Below are positions 9,437-19,371 of a DNA stretch of 64,000 nt, in pieces. Below the pieces are notes generated by a model, which was not told where the DNA came from, searched no databases, and saw only the letters and a program-made list of their open reading frames with translations. Origin of the DNA: an uncultured Lentisphaeria bacterium (GTDB taxonomy: Bacteria; Fidelibacterota; UBA8477; JABMPR01). The stretch lies in contig CAZDVD010000010.1 of NCBI GenBank assembly GCA_964508765.1, forward strand, positions 14,595 to 78,594, written 5' to 3'. Position 1 is the first letter of the stretch, and each line of letters opens with the position of its first letter. The position numbers and the translations under genes are program-made.

Positions 9437-9896
9437 TACTAACCTAAGGAGTCTTACAGTTGATTGCCTACTCATCTTAGATAAATATCGCCTATTTGAT
9501 AAACTATAACCGAGTGACAATCCAAATCAATACTTTTCCAATATATTGGGAGCCCGCCTACTCATATCACTGATATAGTAGTATAATCCCCGGTCTTCTC
9601 TCAAAAAGGGCGTCTCATTATTCATCCACTATTTTGCAGTCTCATAAACCGGGATTATTGAGACCCAGTAATTTGATTAAATGAGATAATCCATCGAAGC
9701 CAGATTATCTAAAGGTGGCACTGCCACAATCAATGATCCCTTACACCAGATTCGGGGTCTAAATAATGAAGGTTCTCAAACTGATGGACCTACTAAAACC
9801 AGGAATTCACCATCCTGAATAACCAGATTTATATCGTGTGATACTTGATTGTCACCAAAAGATTAGTCTATAACCTTTGAGAGTTACATTTGCCAT
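9430..9896 (-). pseudogene. Decayed, truncated relic of a sugar ABC-transporter ATPase (MalK/MsmK/UgpC-like)
   Basis: The minus strand reads ATG-MANVTLKG, then a frameshift, then SFGDNQVSHDINLVIQDGEFLVLVGPS, then a stop. The Walker A residues GCGKST are missing. The next frame gives LRTFII*TPNLV*GIIDCG (compare LRmIAGLEtPtSGxIxIDG). Only about 465 bp remain where about 1.1 kb is expected. No intact ORF is listed here. Confidence 0.6.
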
Positions 9897-9947
9897 AATT
9901 TTACCAATTAATACATATTGGCGAATAGTTAAATTTCGAATCCAAGC

Positions 9948-10763
9948 CTACTCTTTAACACTTCCTAACATAATCCCCTCGATATAGAATCGCTGCAAAG
10001 CCAAAAAGACAATGATAACTGGCATAACTGTAATCACAGCCCCTGCCATCATCAGTTCTGTGTCTTGTGCATGCTCACCTGAAAGATTTGCCATAGCTAC
10101 CGGAAGTGTATACATATTCTCACGCGTCATGATGATGAGCGGCCACATAAAATCATTCCAGGTTCCCATGAAAGTAAAGAGTCCCAGCGTAACCAAAATT
10201 GGCTTAGCCAGTGGAAGAACAATTCGCCAGTATATTTGAAAATCGCTGGCACCATCCAAACGAGCAGCTTCAATCAAGGAGTCTGGGAGTGATGTGATAT
10301 ACTGTCGGATAAGAAAAATGCCAAAAATACTGGCCATACCGGGGATGATAACACCAAGATAACTGTTTATTAAACCAAGTTGATTCATCATAAGAAATAG
10401 TGGTAACATGGTAACCTGGGCCGGGATGATCATCGCTGCCAGCAGGACCTTGAATAATCCTTCTTTGCCGGGGAAATAGAACTTTGCAAAGGCAAAACCA
10501 GCCATGGAATTCACCAGGAGAGAAAGCGCTGTGATGCTAAAGGAAAGAATCAGGCTGTTAAGAAAATAGCGTACAATATTCATCGAAACAAACAAGCGCA
10601 GATAGTGTTCCAGGCTAAAGGATTCTGGAATCAGGCGTGGTGGAAATTGATTGGCTCCTCCCTGTTGCATGAAAGAAGCTGATACCATCCAGACAAAGGG
10701 AACCAGAGTGATAAGGGCAATGAATATAGCCAGTGCGTGTATCAGTATTTTGTTTGTCTTCAT
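9948..10763 (-). CDS. Carbohydrate ABC transporter permease (MalG-like)
   Basis: A 271-aa, 6-TM protein. EAA loop IEAARLDGASDFQIYWRIVLPLAKP. Lies 3 bp after the upstream permease. Confidence 0.9.
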   Translation of the reverse strand: MKTNKILIHALAIFIALITLVPFVWMVSASFMQQGGANQFPPRLIPESFSLEHYLRLFVSMNIVRYFLNSLILSFSITALSLLVNSMAGFAFAKFYFPGKEGLFKVLLAAMIIPAQVTMLPLFLMMNQLGLINSYLGVIIPGMASIFGIFLIRQYITSLPDSLIEAARLDGASDFQIYWRIVLPLAKPILVTLGLFTFMGTWNDFMWPLIIMTRENMYTLPVAMANLSGEHAQDTELMMAGAVITVMPVIIVFLALQRFYIEGIMLGSVKE

Positions 10764-10766
10764 GGA

Positions 10767-11684
10767 TTACACCGCACTGTAACGTTTCTGGAATCGCAAT
10801 TGAACCAGGGTTGCTAAGAATAGGATCAAAAATAAGACAAATGCCAGGGCAGCTGAATACCCCATTCGCCACCAACGGAACCCTTCCTGGTACATGAGCA
10901 GAACAATACTCAGGGTAGCGTTCATAGGACCACCTTGTGTCATCACATAGGGTTCAGCAAAGAGCTGGAAGTATCCAATGATAGTTATTATAGATACAAA
11001 GATCGTTGTGGGCATCAGCATGGGCAGCGTGATGTGCAGAAATTCCTGCCATTTGCCTGCGCCATCTATGCGGGCAGACTCATACAGTTCCGGTGGTATA
11101 TTCTGTAAACCGGCAATAAAGATGATCATATTGTAGCCAAAATTCTTCCATACTGCCATGATGATGAGTGCCAGCATCGCCCATTTCGGATTACCCAACC
11201 AATCCACAGTACCAAGACCGATGAGACTCAAAAAATAATTCACCAACCCAAATGAGGGATGATAGATATAGCGCCATACTACGGCTACAGCTACGAGCGT
11301 GGTGACCACAGGTAGAAAGTATGCCAGACGGAATAACGACATAAAGCGGATAAGCTTGGAATTGAGCAATAAAGCCGTTCCAAGAGAAACCAACAGAGAT
11401 AAAGGGACACCGAGGAACACAAAATAGAGTGTGTTACGCATCGCTTTCCAGAAAAGTGGATCACTCAATAAGTTTTTATAATTATCAAATCCAATAAATC
11501 TTGCGTTCGAAGTGTTTGCCAGTGAGTAGATGTCAAAATCTGTAAAGCTCATGAGGAATGACACCAACACAGGGAGAAAGAAGAACACAGCAATAAGCAG
11601 AAGCGCCGGCGCAAGAAACATGGCAGGACTCATCCACACCTTTAAAAATTGCTTCCACTTCATTTGCTTACTTTTCTTCTCCAT
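10767..11684 (-). CDS. Carbohydrate ABC transporter permease (MalF-like)
   Basis: A 305-aa polytopic protein. EAA loop YESARIDGAGKWQEFLHITLPMLMP. Lies 9 bp after the binding-protein gene. Confidence 0.9.
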   Translation of the reverse strand: MEKKSKQMKWKQFLKVWMSPAMFLAPALLLIAVFFFLPVLVSFLMSFTDFDIYSLANTSNARFIGFDNYKNLLSDPLFWKAMRNTLYFVFLGVPLSLLVSLGTALLLNSKLIRFMSLFRLAYFLPVVTTLVAVAVVWRYIYHPSFGLVNYFLSLIGLGTVDWLGNPKWAMLALIIMAVWKNFGYNMIIFIAGLQNIPPELYESARIDGAGKWQEFLHITLPMLMPTTIFVSIITIIGYFQLFAEPYVMTQGGPMNATLSIVLLMYQEGFRWWRMGYSAALAFVLFLILFLATLVQLRFQKRYSAV

Positions 11685-11693
11685 CGGCTTGGT

Positions 11694-12992
11694 CTAATCC
11701 CTCGATTTCAGCCATCGACGCTTCTCAAGAATTTTGTTTACATCCTGGTCCAGTAACACCATGGCCTGTTCTGAAGTCCACTGTCCAAAAACGACATATT
11801 CTAGATACTGTTGCAGTTTCATGGCTATCTGCTCCCACTCTGGCACCTGGGGTGTGTTTTTAACTGATTTGAGTTGCTGGAAAAAAGCAGCAGTGGGCTT
11901 CTTGTCCGAAAGTCCCAGAGAAGTCCAACTTTCCATACGTGACGGCAGGTCCCCGGTTTGGTGATAGAATTCCGATTGCGCTGAAGTGCGCGATAAGTAT
12001 TCGATCCAGGACCAGGCCAGTTGTTTGTGCTCAGATGAGCGAAAGACAACCAGGGATGAGCCACCAGCCAGTGAGAGACCAGGATAATCCTCATGCCGGA
12101 GAGCTGGCAGTGGTGCCGTGTCCCAGGCATTCTGCATGCTTTGAGGTAGTCGACGCGTCATCTCTCCGATATTCCAGGGACCACTGATATACACGGCAAA
12201 GGTATTTTCCTGAAAACCCTGGTAGATATTATTCACTTCTGTCATGCCTTTGGGTGCCAGATTGTTTTGAAAGAATTGTAGATAGACGTCTAAACCCTTT
12301 AAAAATTTCTCATCTGAAAACGCACCAAAACAAGCTTCCTCCTTCAAAATGGAAGATCCCTGTTGCATACCAAGAACGGTAGGTATCACCCACTCATTCA
12401 GGGGTAGAATTATCCCATATTTCGAGTGTCCGCCATCAATCAATTGTCTGGAAATCTCAACGAGTTGATCCCAGGTTTCAGGTGGGGTATCCCAGCCAAT
12501 CTGCTGAAGCAGATCACTCCGATAAAAAAGAACGCGGGTATCCACATACCATGGAATGCCGTAGAGGTTTCCATCGATCAGGTTGGTTTCCCAGATGCCA
12601 GGGAAATAGGATTCGGGTGAGATCGTACTTGATGAATCAACTGAATGATCCAATTCCTCAATGGCATTCAGCGCCACAAATTCTGGAATCCATGTATTAC
12701 CCAACTGACAGATATCGGGCATTGAATTTCCTGCATAGGCAGTGAGCAGTTTTTCATGGGCCGCTGTCCAGGGAATGTTTTGGACCACCACATGAACACC
12801 AGGATTTTCTGTTTCAAAACCATTTACAAATTCACGTACGCTATTCCCTTCAGCACCAAAAGCCCAGAAGTCCAGAGTGATAATTTCACCATCGCCACTT
12901 TTACTACAAGAGGTACTCACCAGCATGAGAATGAAGCTGAACAGCAACTTGAACACAAGTTTATTGAAGTTTTTTATCCTTAGGATGCTCAT
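11694..12992 (-). CDS. ABC sugar-binding lipoprotein (solute-binding protein family 1)
   Basis: 432 aa with signal/lipobox LMLVSTSC. It shows typical family-1 SBP composition (DFWAFG..., IPWTAAHEKLLTAYAGN, GIPWYVDTRVLFYR). It leads the permease pair. Confidence 0.85.
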   Translation of the reverse strand: MSILRIKNFNKLVFKLLFSFILMLVSTSCSKSGDGEIITLDFWAFGAEGNSVREFVNGFETENPGVHVVVQNIPWTAAHEKLLTAYAGNSMPDICQLGNTWIPEFVALNAIEELDHSVDSSSTISPESYFPGIWETNLIDGNLYGIPWYVDTRVLFYRSDLLQQIGWDTPPETWDQLVEISRQLIDGGHSKYGIILPLNEWVIPTVLGMQQGSSILKEEACFGAFSDEKFLKGLDVYLQFFQNNLAPKGMTEVNNIYQGFQENTFAVYISGPWNIGEMTRRLPQSMQNAWDTAPLPALRHEDYPGLSLAGGSSLVVFRSSEHKQLAWSWIEYLSRTSAQSEFYHQTGDLPSRMESWTSLGLSDKKPTAAFFQQLKSVKNTPQVPEWEQIAMKLQQYLEYVVFGQWTSEQAMVLLDQDVNKILEKRRWLKSRD

Positions 12993-12996
12993 CTTC

Positions 12997-15426
12997 TTAT
13001 CGTATCAGTAGCAGCTTCCCTGTTTGGTGCTCATCTCCATCGACCAGATGGAACAGGTACATGCCACTGGCTACTTCCCTCCCTTGATGATTGATGGCGT
13101 CCCAATACAAGGTACCTGTTCCTACCCCCTGCTCTTGCTTGATTTTATAAATTTCATGACCCAGCACATCGTAGATGATCAGATTCACCAGACCAGATTG
13201 GGGAACCTGGAAGCTGATACCAACGCGACTATTGAAAGGATTTGGATAGCTACCAAGCAATTGGAATTGATAACCCTCCAACAACGCCTCATCATCAGGA
13301 TGGATGGAAACCGTCGTGTCCGGGATAAATCCCATGTCTTCCAGAGCGGGTAAGATCTCTGGATTTCCCATAAATTGATTCCAGATCAAGCCTGTGCGGT
13401 AATTTTCCATCATCACGATGATAGGCCCTTGATCAATGGCCAGATAGGAAGTTGAGTACCAGTCCTGGGTTTCATTGAATGCATCATAAAAGCCAAAGGG
13501 ACCAAAGATTCTATCCCCGTGTTCTGTGTAAAAATGTTGGAGTGCAGCCATAGATTCTGTGGGAGTATAGGGAAAGCTGGAAAGGGCTGCTGTAGGAGTA
13601 ATGGTTCCGTTGTCTCGATTTGAAGCTGGTTCATGAGCGAGGTAACCGAAAGGATCATCACTGGCAGTAAGTCCCCAGCAATCTTCACCATAGCCCACAT
13701 ACCCACCGGGATTATCAATACACCAGGCCCGGTTGATAAGCGTCTGGTTCCGGTTATTGAAGAAATAATTGGTGTGACTATCTTGCCTTCCCCTCGGATC
13801 AAACCCGAGATAAGAATAATGGGTGAAAAACAAAGGACCACCATACGGCCAACCAACATCAAGGGTATAACCATAATAGCTTTCTCCATTATCATAAGCA
13901 CTTGAGGAACAAAAACCATCTTCCCAGAGATTAGCGGGAATGCCATGGGTCGGGGATGCAATAGCCAGCATATAGACTATTCCCGTTTCGTTTGGTCCCT
14001 GAAGAGCAAAATTCATAGTCCATTCATGATTTGGAGACCAATGCCAGTAAAGAAAGTTGCTGGTTGGAGTCCGACGATACCAATCCCACTCAACGCTCTC
14101 CCATAAGCTGGTAGCCAATGTCACCAATGCTTGTTCAACTGGATCATCGCCATTGAAATAATTTCGTGCAGTGAGAATGCCCTGAACCAGAAAGGCAGTT
14201 TCCACAAGATCACCACCATTATCAAACTCACTAAAGGGAATAACCTCTCCCGTCGTTCCGTTGAGCCAGTGTGACCAAGCGCCATGAAATCGATCTGCAC
14301 CTTCTAGAAACTGGAACATTGCCAGCAAGCGGGCTGCTGCTTCAGCCCGAGTGACGAAACCTCTTTCAGCACCGACAACAATTGCCATGATGCCAAATCC
14401 GGTACCCCCTGATGTGACGATATCACTGTTTCCTGGCGTACGTTCCAGAGCCATCTTTGAGACGGGATGGGCGTAATCCCAGAAATAGCGAAAAGTAGAT
14501 CTTTGTATCATATCCAGGAAGGCATCTTCACCTAGTTCCTGGGTACTTACCTGAATCGGCTCTGTGAACTCGGATTCATTATAGCTGTTGTCAACAGCGG
14601 AAATCTTGTAATAACCTGATAGTCCAGACTCACCTAAAAAATGATTGAAGAAGGGGATATCCATATCCGTATAACCCACCAAGAAATAGCTTCCACCCCA
14701 ATTGCTGCGATAGATTCTATAACCGGCTACATCCTCATCCTCCACTGGCGTCCAGCTCAAATCTATATGCATGTCGTAACCCACAGCGGTAAGGTTCGCA
14801 GGTATACCTGGTGAGATTGTGTCGTTATTCCCAAATGAGGTCATGCGGATCTCATCCAGAAAAAGAGTATGTTCAAGGTTATCGCTGGAGTTTTGCCCAT
14901 AGAAGATGGTCTTAATGGATGACATATTAGTGTTGCCGGCGACAGTATAGAAGGTATCTAGGGGCATGGAATATTGCTGCCATTGACCCACGGCAACAGA
15001 TTCAAGAAAACCTCCCATATTCAGTTCACCGGTCTTCTGGCCGCCAGTGTCCTCCAGGTATAGGAGTGGTAGATCATCCACAGGAATAGCTTCATCGGTA
15101 TACATCCAAAATGTGAGTAAATCCTGTGTGGTGAGATCATGCCCTGGCCAACCTACTTCCGCTACTGCAGCACCCCAATTACCAGTTGATTGACTGGTCC
15201 AATGCAAGCGCAGGCTGTTATTTCCCATGAAAACTATTCCTTCATCCACAGGAAATTTCTCACCAATACGCTCCAGCAGACTAGGTGAATTTACAAAACA
15301 CCAGCTTGGATCATAAGATGTGGACGTGGGACTATCATCAAAGAAAACGAAGTCCTCCGCTTGAGCAATATTTATTGTGAGAGCCAGGAGCAATAAGCTG
15401 CTAATTATAATTGATTTCATGATCAT
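12997..15426 (-). CDS. Secreted glucoamylase-like (alpha/alpha)6 protein of the GH144 / beta-1,2-glucanase-type family, with an N-terminal CBM-like module, an FN3 module and a T9SS CTD
   Basis: Signal peptide. FN3-like DLSWTPVEDEDVAGYRIYR. Core FRYFWDYAHP...GGTGFGIMAIVVGAERGF...HGAWSHWLNG...LAIASPTHGIP matches my memory of PF10091-type 'glucoamylase family' proteins. CTD GSYPNPFNSRVGISF...GKLLLIR. Confidence 0.7.
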   Translation of the reverse strand: MIMKSIIISSLLLLALTINIAQAEDFVFFDDSPTSTSYDPSWCFVNSPSLLERIGEKFPVDEGIVFMGNNSLRLHWTSQSTGNWGAAVAEVGWPGHDLTTQDLLTFWMYTDEAIPVDDLPLLYLEDTGGQKTGELNMGGFLESVAVGQWQQYSMPLDTFYTVAGNTNMSSIKTIFYGQNSSDNLEHTLFLDEIRMTSFGNNDTISPGIPANLTAVGYDMHIDLSWTPVEDEDVAGYRIYRSNWGGSYFLVGYTDMDIPFFNHFLGESGLSGYYKISAVDNSYNESEFTEPIQVSTQELGEDAFLDMIQRSTFRYFWDYAHPVSKMALERTPGNSDIVTSGGTGFGIMAIVVGAERGFVTRAEAAARLLAMFQFLEGADRFHGAWSHWLNGTTGEVIPFSEFDNGGDLVETAFLVQGILTARNYFNGDDPVEQALVTLATSLWESVEWDWYRRTPTSNFLYWHWSPNHEWTMNFALQGPNETGIVYMLAIASPTHGIPANLWEDGFCSSSAYDNGESYYGYTLDVGWPYGGPLFFTHYSYLGFDPRGRQDSHTNYFFNNRNQTLINRAWCIDNPGGYVGYGEDCWGLTASDDPFGYLAHEPASNRDNGTITPTAALSSFPYTPTESMAALQHFYTEHGDRIFGPFGFYDAFNETQDWYSTSYLAIDQGPIIVMMENYRTGLIWNQFMGNPEILPALEDMGFIPDTTVSIHPDDEALLEGYQFQLLGSYPNPFNSRVGISFQVPQSGLVNLIIYDVLGHEIYKIKQEQGVGTGTLYWDAINHQGREVASGMYLFHLVDGDEHQTGKLLLIR

Positions 15427-15459
15427 CCCTTCCCAAAGAAAGATTCAAAGTGATATTTA

Positions 15460-16890
15460 TTACCGCCTGATTTGAGTTTTTTCAACAGACGGCGGAAAAA
15501 ATTGTTCTTGAGCTATGAGCTTCAAAACGCTGTCCATATCCCCGATTTGAGTGAAAGTCTCCGACAGGGATCCAGCATTCAGATAATTATTGATAGAGAG
15601 CAGGATCATAGCCTGATCAAGCGCCAGATATTGTGGCGCCACGACTCCACTTTCTGGATTAAGTGAGTCAAAAAATCCATATTTTCCACGAATTGGAAAT
15701 TGTTGCTCCATTTTATAAAGATTATCTATCACCCATCGCGGAGCATAAGCTAATGCCAGGATGCTGGCATGTGGAGTAATAACATCACTCCGGCTACCTT
15801 CTTTCCGGCTGCCTATTTCTGAAACTCCGAATGGTTCATAACCCCCTCCAGGTATGGCACAGGGGCTCACCCCCCAAACAGGGTACCTTAAATGATTCAG
15901 GGCATAATCACGATGAATGACCACTATTCGGGCATTATTCTCACCCATTCCTGTTGACGCATACTTTTGTTCATCAACAAAAAGACTAGGCATTAAATAT
16001 TCAAACATACTGCCGTTCCAGGCTGGTAAAACCGGCAAAGTATCACCATATAAATAGTACCCACTCGTGAAGGACATAGAATTATTATATTGTTGAGAGA
16101 AATATATGGGTGAGCCCCATTGGTCGATAGTATCTGGTAAAACTCTGTAAAGATCATTCCAATGGCTTTCTGGTACCTGACCCCAGGCCATGCTAAGATA
16201 GCTTATTATCCTGCTCTCACTGCAGAGCATACCATAATGGTAGGGAGAGTAGGCCTGTTGCTCCAGGTCAAAACCCAGGTAAAATTGCCCGAGATCAGGA
16301 TCAAAAAGCCAGGAGAAATCCACTCCGGTTTGGATCTCAGCGCATATTGCATTCAACTCAGGATATTTCACAGCGATGACTGCCACACTGGCATATAACC
16401 AGGCAGCATCCACACTGGAAATATATTGGCGAGTAACCTCCATGGCAGGGATGCTGTACCAATTGAGGTGAAATCCATGATAGCGTTCCATCTTTTGCAA
16501 AGAGCTCAGAGTCCGCTCCAAATGCTTCAGTGCTTCATCATGGGAAATGAGCTTCAGATCTTCAGCAGCAGACACACAGACCAAATACAAACCAATATTT
16601 GTAGACGAGGTATAATCTGACGATTCAAATCCATTGGTATGGACATTATCAGGCATCAAACCGGTACTACTATCCACAAAGGTTCTGAAAAAATTCCAGG
16701 TGTTCGCTGCCAGTTTTCTCAGGTAGAGGCTGTCTTCAAGAGATATTTGCTGAATATCTGCCTGAATCAGGGAGATATTATTTAGTGGAGCCGTATACAG
16801 TACTGGTACTGGTGCTGGAGCGGCACAGCTTGTTAACCATCCCAGGATCAGTATAGAGAGGAACTTTGCTATGATAAGTTTTTTCTTCAT
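15460..16890 (-). CDS. Periplasmic/OM lipoprotein, a distant member of the same (alpha/alpha)6 glucanase clan (DUF3131/GH144-like)
   Basis: Lipobox GWLTSC. WNFFRTFVD..TGLMPDN...SSTNIGLYLVCVSAAEDL...YHGFHLNW parallels the neighbouring gene. The motif WNGSMFEYLMPSLF is one I recall from cyclic beta-1,2-glucan synthase/SGL-clan proteins (memory only). Confidence 0.55.
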   Translation of the reverse strand: MKKKLIIAKFLSILILGWLTSCAAPAPVPVLYTAPLNNISLIQADIQQISLEDSLYLRKLAANTWNFFRTFVDSSTGLMPDNVHTNGFESSDYTSSTNIGLYLVCVSAAEDLKLISHDEALKHLERTLSSLQKMERYHGFHLNWYSIPAMEVTRQYISSVDAAWLYASVAVIAVKYPELNAICAEIQTGVDFSWLFDPDLGQFYLGFDLEQQAYSPYHYGMLCSESRIISYLSMAWGQVPESHWNDLYRVLPDTIDQWGSPIYFSQQYNNSMSFTSGYYLYGDTLPVLPAWNGSMFEYLMPSLFVDEQKYASTGMGENNARIVVIHRDYALNHLRYPVWGVSPCAIPGGGYEPFGVSEIGSRKEGSRSDVITPHASILALAYAPRWVIDNLYKMEQQFPIRGKYGFFDSLNPESGVVAPQYLALDQAMILLSINNYLNAGSLSETFTQIGDMDSVLKLIAQEQFFPPSVEKTQIRR

Positions 16891-16938
16891 ATGAACAGAT
16901 CTGGCAGTTTCACTTTTGAATGAATCCTTGTCGTCCTA

Positions 16939-19332
16939 TCACATCGTCACTTGCACCAAGCAGGTTTCACCCAACTGAGGTGGAATCACATTGCCCTCAA
17001 TGGATTTGCCGTCCACCTTGAATTCACTGACACCCGTGCTTCTATTGCTGGGATTAGCTACGTGAATGGTATAGATAGTGCCTCTGAATTTTCTGGTCAT
17101 GGTGTATTGCTTCCACTCTGCCGGGATAGCTGGATCAATTACCAGACCTTTCCTACTGGGACGGATACCTAGGATACGTTCTGAAATCATCTTGTATAAC
17201 CAAGTTGCAGATCCAGTATACCAGGTCCAGCCCCCTCTCCCATAATAAGCTGAATCAGGACCGTCAATATTTCCCGGCGTCACAAAGGGTTCACCAAGAT
17301 ATCGTTCTGGATTCATCCCATTGTGAATGGGTGAAATACCCTGATAAACTTTGAATGCCAATTCAGGTTTCCCCTGAAGGGCAAATGCCCAAATCGCCCA
17401 GGTAGCAGCATGGGTGTATACGCCGCCATTCTCACGGGTTCCTGCAGCATAACGTGAGAGATATCCAATGTGGGAATCCGGTTTGGTATAGGCTGGTGCT
17501 AAAAGCAGAGGACCAAAATCTTTTAAGAGATATCTCTCAACTGCCTCAAGGGATTTTTTCCCTTGCTCAGCACTTGCACTGCCACTGATAACCGACCATG
17601 TCTGGGCATTAAGATAGATTTGTCCTTCTTCACACTCGTGGCCACCAATAATCTCCCCATTATCTTTGGTAGCCCGGAAAAACCAATCGCCATCCCAGGC
17701 TTGATCTTGAATGACCTGTTGTAAAGCTTGTGCTTTGCCCTTGAATAGCATGGTACTGTCATCATCATTGAGCTCAGCACTAATGTCAATGAATTCGTTA
17801 AGGATGTAATACAGAAAGTGAGCTAACCATATAGACTCACCTTGCTCCTCCAAACCAACAGCACTCATACCGTCGTTCCAATCCCCTGCTCCAATGAAAG
17901 GCAGTCCACGTGGACTGGTGCGTTGCATGGAACGCATGATAGATTTCAGGCAATGCTCGTAGATTGAATCACTCTTTTCATAATCGTAATAAGCAACCTG
18001 CTCATGAAGAAATGCAATATTATCGGTCTCTTGCAAATAGGAGATCACCAGGAAAGGTAGCCACAAATAATTGTCGGCAATACCCGAATGTAGGCCTTGT
18101 TCTGTAATGGGATGCCACCAGTGTAAAACCGAGCCATCCATATATTGATGAGCGGCATGGAGCTTGATCTGCTTCTCAGTTTTGGTCACATCAATGGGTA
18201 AAAAGACCTGGCTATCCTGCAACTGGTCACGAAAACCATAAGCACCACTTTGTTGATAATAGGCACTGCGACCATAGATACGGGCTGAAATAGCCTGATA
18301 TTTTAGCCAACCGTTGGCCAGGATGTTAATAGATGCATCTGGCGTTTCCATTTGATGTGCATCTAACATGTCTGACCAGTAGGTTTTCACCTCATTCAGA
18401 GCGGCTGCTCTTTGTGTCTGAGTTTGGAATTTGCTGATGGCCGTTTCGCAGATCTGAGGCGTATCATACATACCTACGAGATAGGCCAGTTTTTGTTTGC
18501 CTCCTGGAGCCAGTTCAATGGGTATTTTCAAGCTGGCAATGGCATCATGCCAGAGTCCCTGTTTGCCCGGAGAAGTATTTTTCGCAACTGCTGCCGGAAT
18601 ATCAATACTCCCATACTGACCGAGAAATGATTCCTTATCACATTCAAATCCTGTGGCTTTTTCTGTGCAGGAAAGAAAAGCAGTAAAGGGATGTTCGATA
18701 TTCCAGTGACCCCGGGTGCCTAAGGCTATATCCCAAAGACGCTTATTGGCCCATATGGTACTGGCAGGTGCATCATATCTGGTCTCAATGAAATTTTTAT
18801 GAAATTCCCTGTGGTGATCGTTGCTGGAACCCAAGGCCCACTCAAAATAGTTAAACAGGGTCAATGATCGAGATTGTGTGCCCAGATTTTCAATTTCCAC
18901 ATCCCAGACTTCCAATTGTTCATTCATAGGAATAAACAAAGTCAGAGTGATTCGTATATCACCCAGTCGGGAATGAAAGATTGTATATCCAAATCCATGT
19001 CGACATTGATACTCATCCAGTTCCGTCCGCACTGGCAACCAGGTGGGGCTCCAAACCTCGCCACTCTCATTATCCCGAACATAGAGGTACTTACCCCAAT
19101 CATCTTTTACCATATCCTGATGCCAGCGAGTAATCCTGTTAAATTCGGAATGATCCAACCAGCTGAATCCTCCACCACTTTGTGAAATCGTCAAGCCATA
19201 GCGGCCATTGGATAAAACATTAATCCAGGGTTTGGGCGTTCTGGGGGTCTTGATGATATATTCAGTCCCCTCTTGATTGAAATAGCCATAGTCTGTTTCA
19301 AATTGAGGCTCAGTTTTTACAAAGTTAGCCAT
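16939..19332 (-). CDS. GH94 glycoside phosphorylase (cellobiose/cellodextrin/laminaribiose/beta-1,2-oligoglucan phosphorylase family); cytoplasmic
   Basis: 797 aa with no signal peptide. N-terminus YGYFNQEGTEYIIKTPRTPKPWINVLSNG...GGGFSWL...RITRW. Further motifs are FRDQLQDS, GAGDWNDGM (catalytic Asp context) and RENGGVYTHAATW. Confidence 0.85.
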   Translation of the reverse strand: MANFVKTEPQFETDYGYFNQEGTEYIIKTPRTPKPWINVLSNGRYGLTISQSGGGFSWLDHSEFNRITRWHQDMVKDDWGKYLYVRDNESGEVWSPTWLPVRTELDEYQCRHGFGYTIFHSRLGDIRITLTLFIPMNEQLEVWDVEIENLGTQSRSLTLFNYFEWALGSSNDHHREFHKNFIETRYDAPASTIWANKRLWDIALGTRGHWNIEHPFTAFLSCTEKATGFECDKESFLGQYGSIDIPAAVAKNTSPGKQGLWHDAIASLKIPIELAPGGKQKLAYLVGMYDTPQICETAISKFQTQTQRAAALNEVKTYWSDMLDAHQMETPDASINILANGWLKYQAISARIYGRSAYYQQSGAYGFRDQLQDSQVFLPIDVTKTEKQIKLHAAHQYMDGSVLHWWHPITEQGLHSGIADNYLWLPFLVISYLQETDNIAFLHEQVAYYDYEKSDSIYEHCLKSIMRSMQRTSPRGLPFIGAGDWNDGMSAVGLEEQGESIWLAHFLYYILNEFIDISAELNDDDSTMLFKGKAQALQQVIQDQAWDGDWFFRATKDNGEIIGGHECEEGQIYLNAQTWSVISGSASAEQGKKSLEAVERYLLKDFGPLLLAPAYTKPDSHIGYLSRYAAGTRENGGVYTHAATWAIWAFALQGKPELAFKVYQGISPIHNGMNPERYLGEPFVTPGNIDGPDSAYYGRGGWTWYTGSATWLYKMISERILGIRPSRKGLVIDPAIPAEWKQYTMTRKFRGTIYTIHVANPSNRSTGVSEFKVDGKSIEGNVIPPQLGETCLVQVTM

Positions 19333-19371
19333 GTAAGCAGAATTTCCTTTCAGGAGTGGATGACTTGAAGA

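Noticed and set aside
13413-13961. A 182-aa minus-strand ORF and other ORFs nested in the 809-aa gene
   Set aside because: It is a same-strand alternative frame inside a gene with clear family motifs, and its Met/Ile/Leu-rich product looks like a frame artefact.
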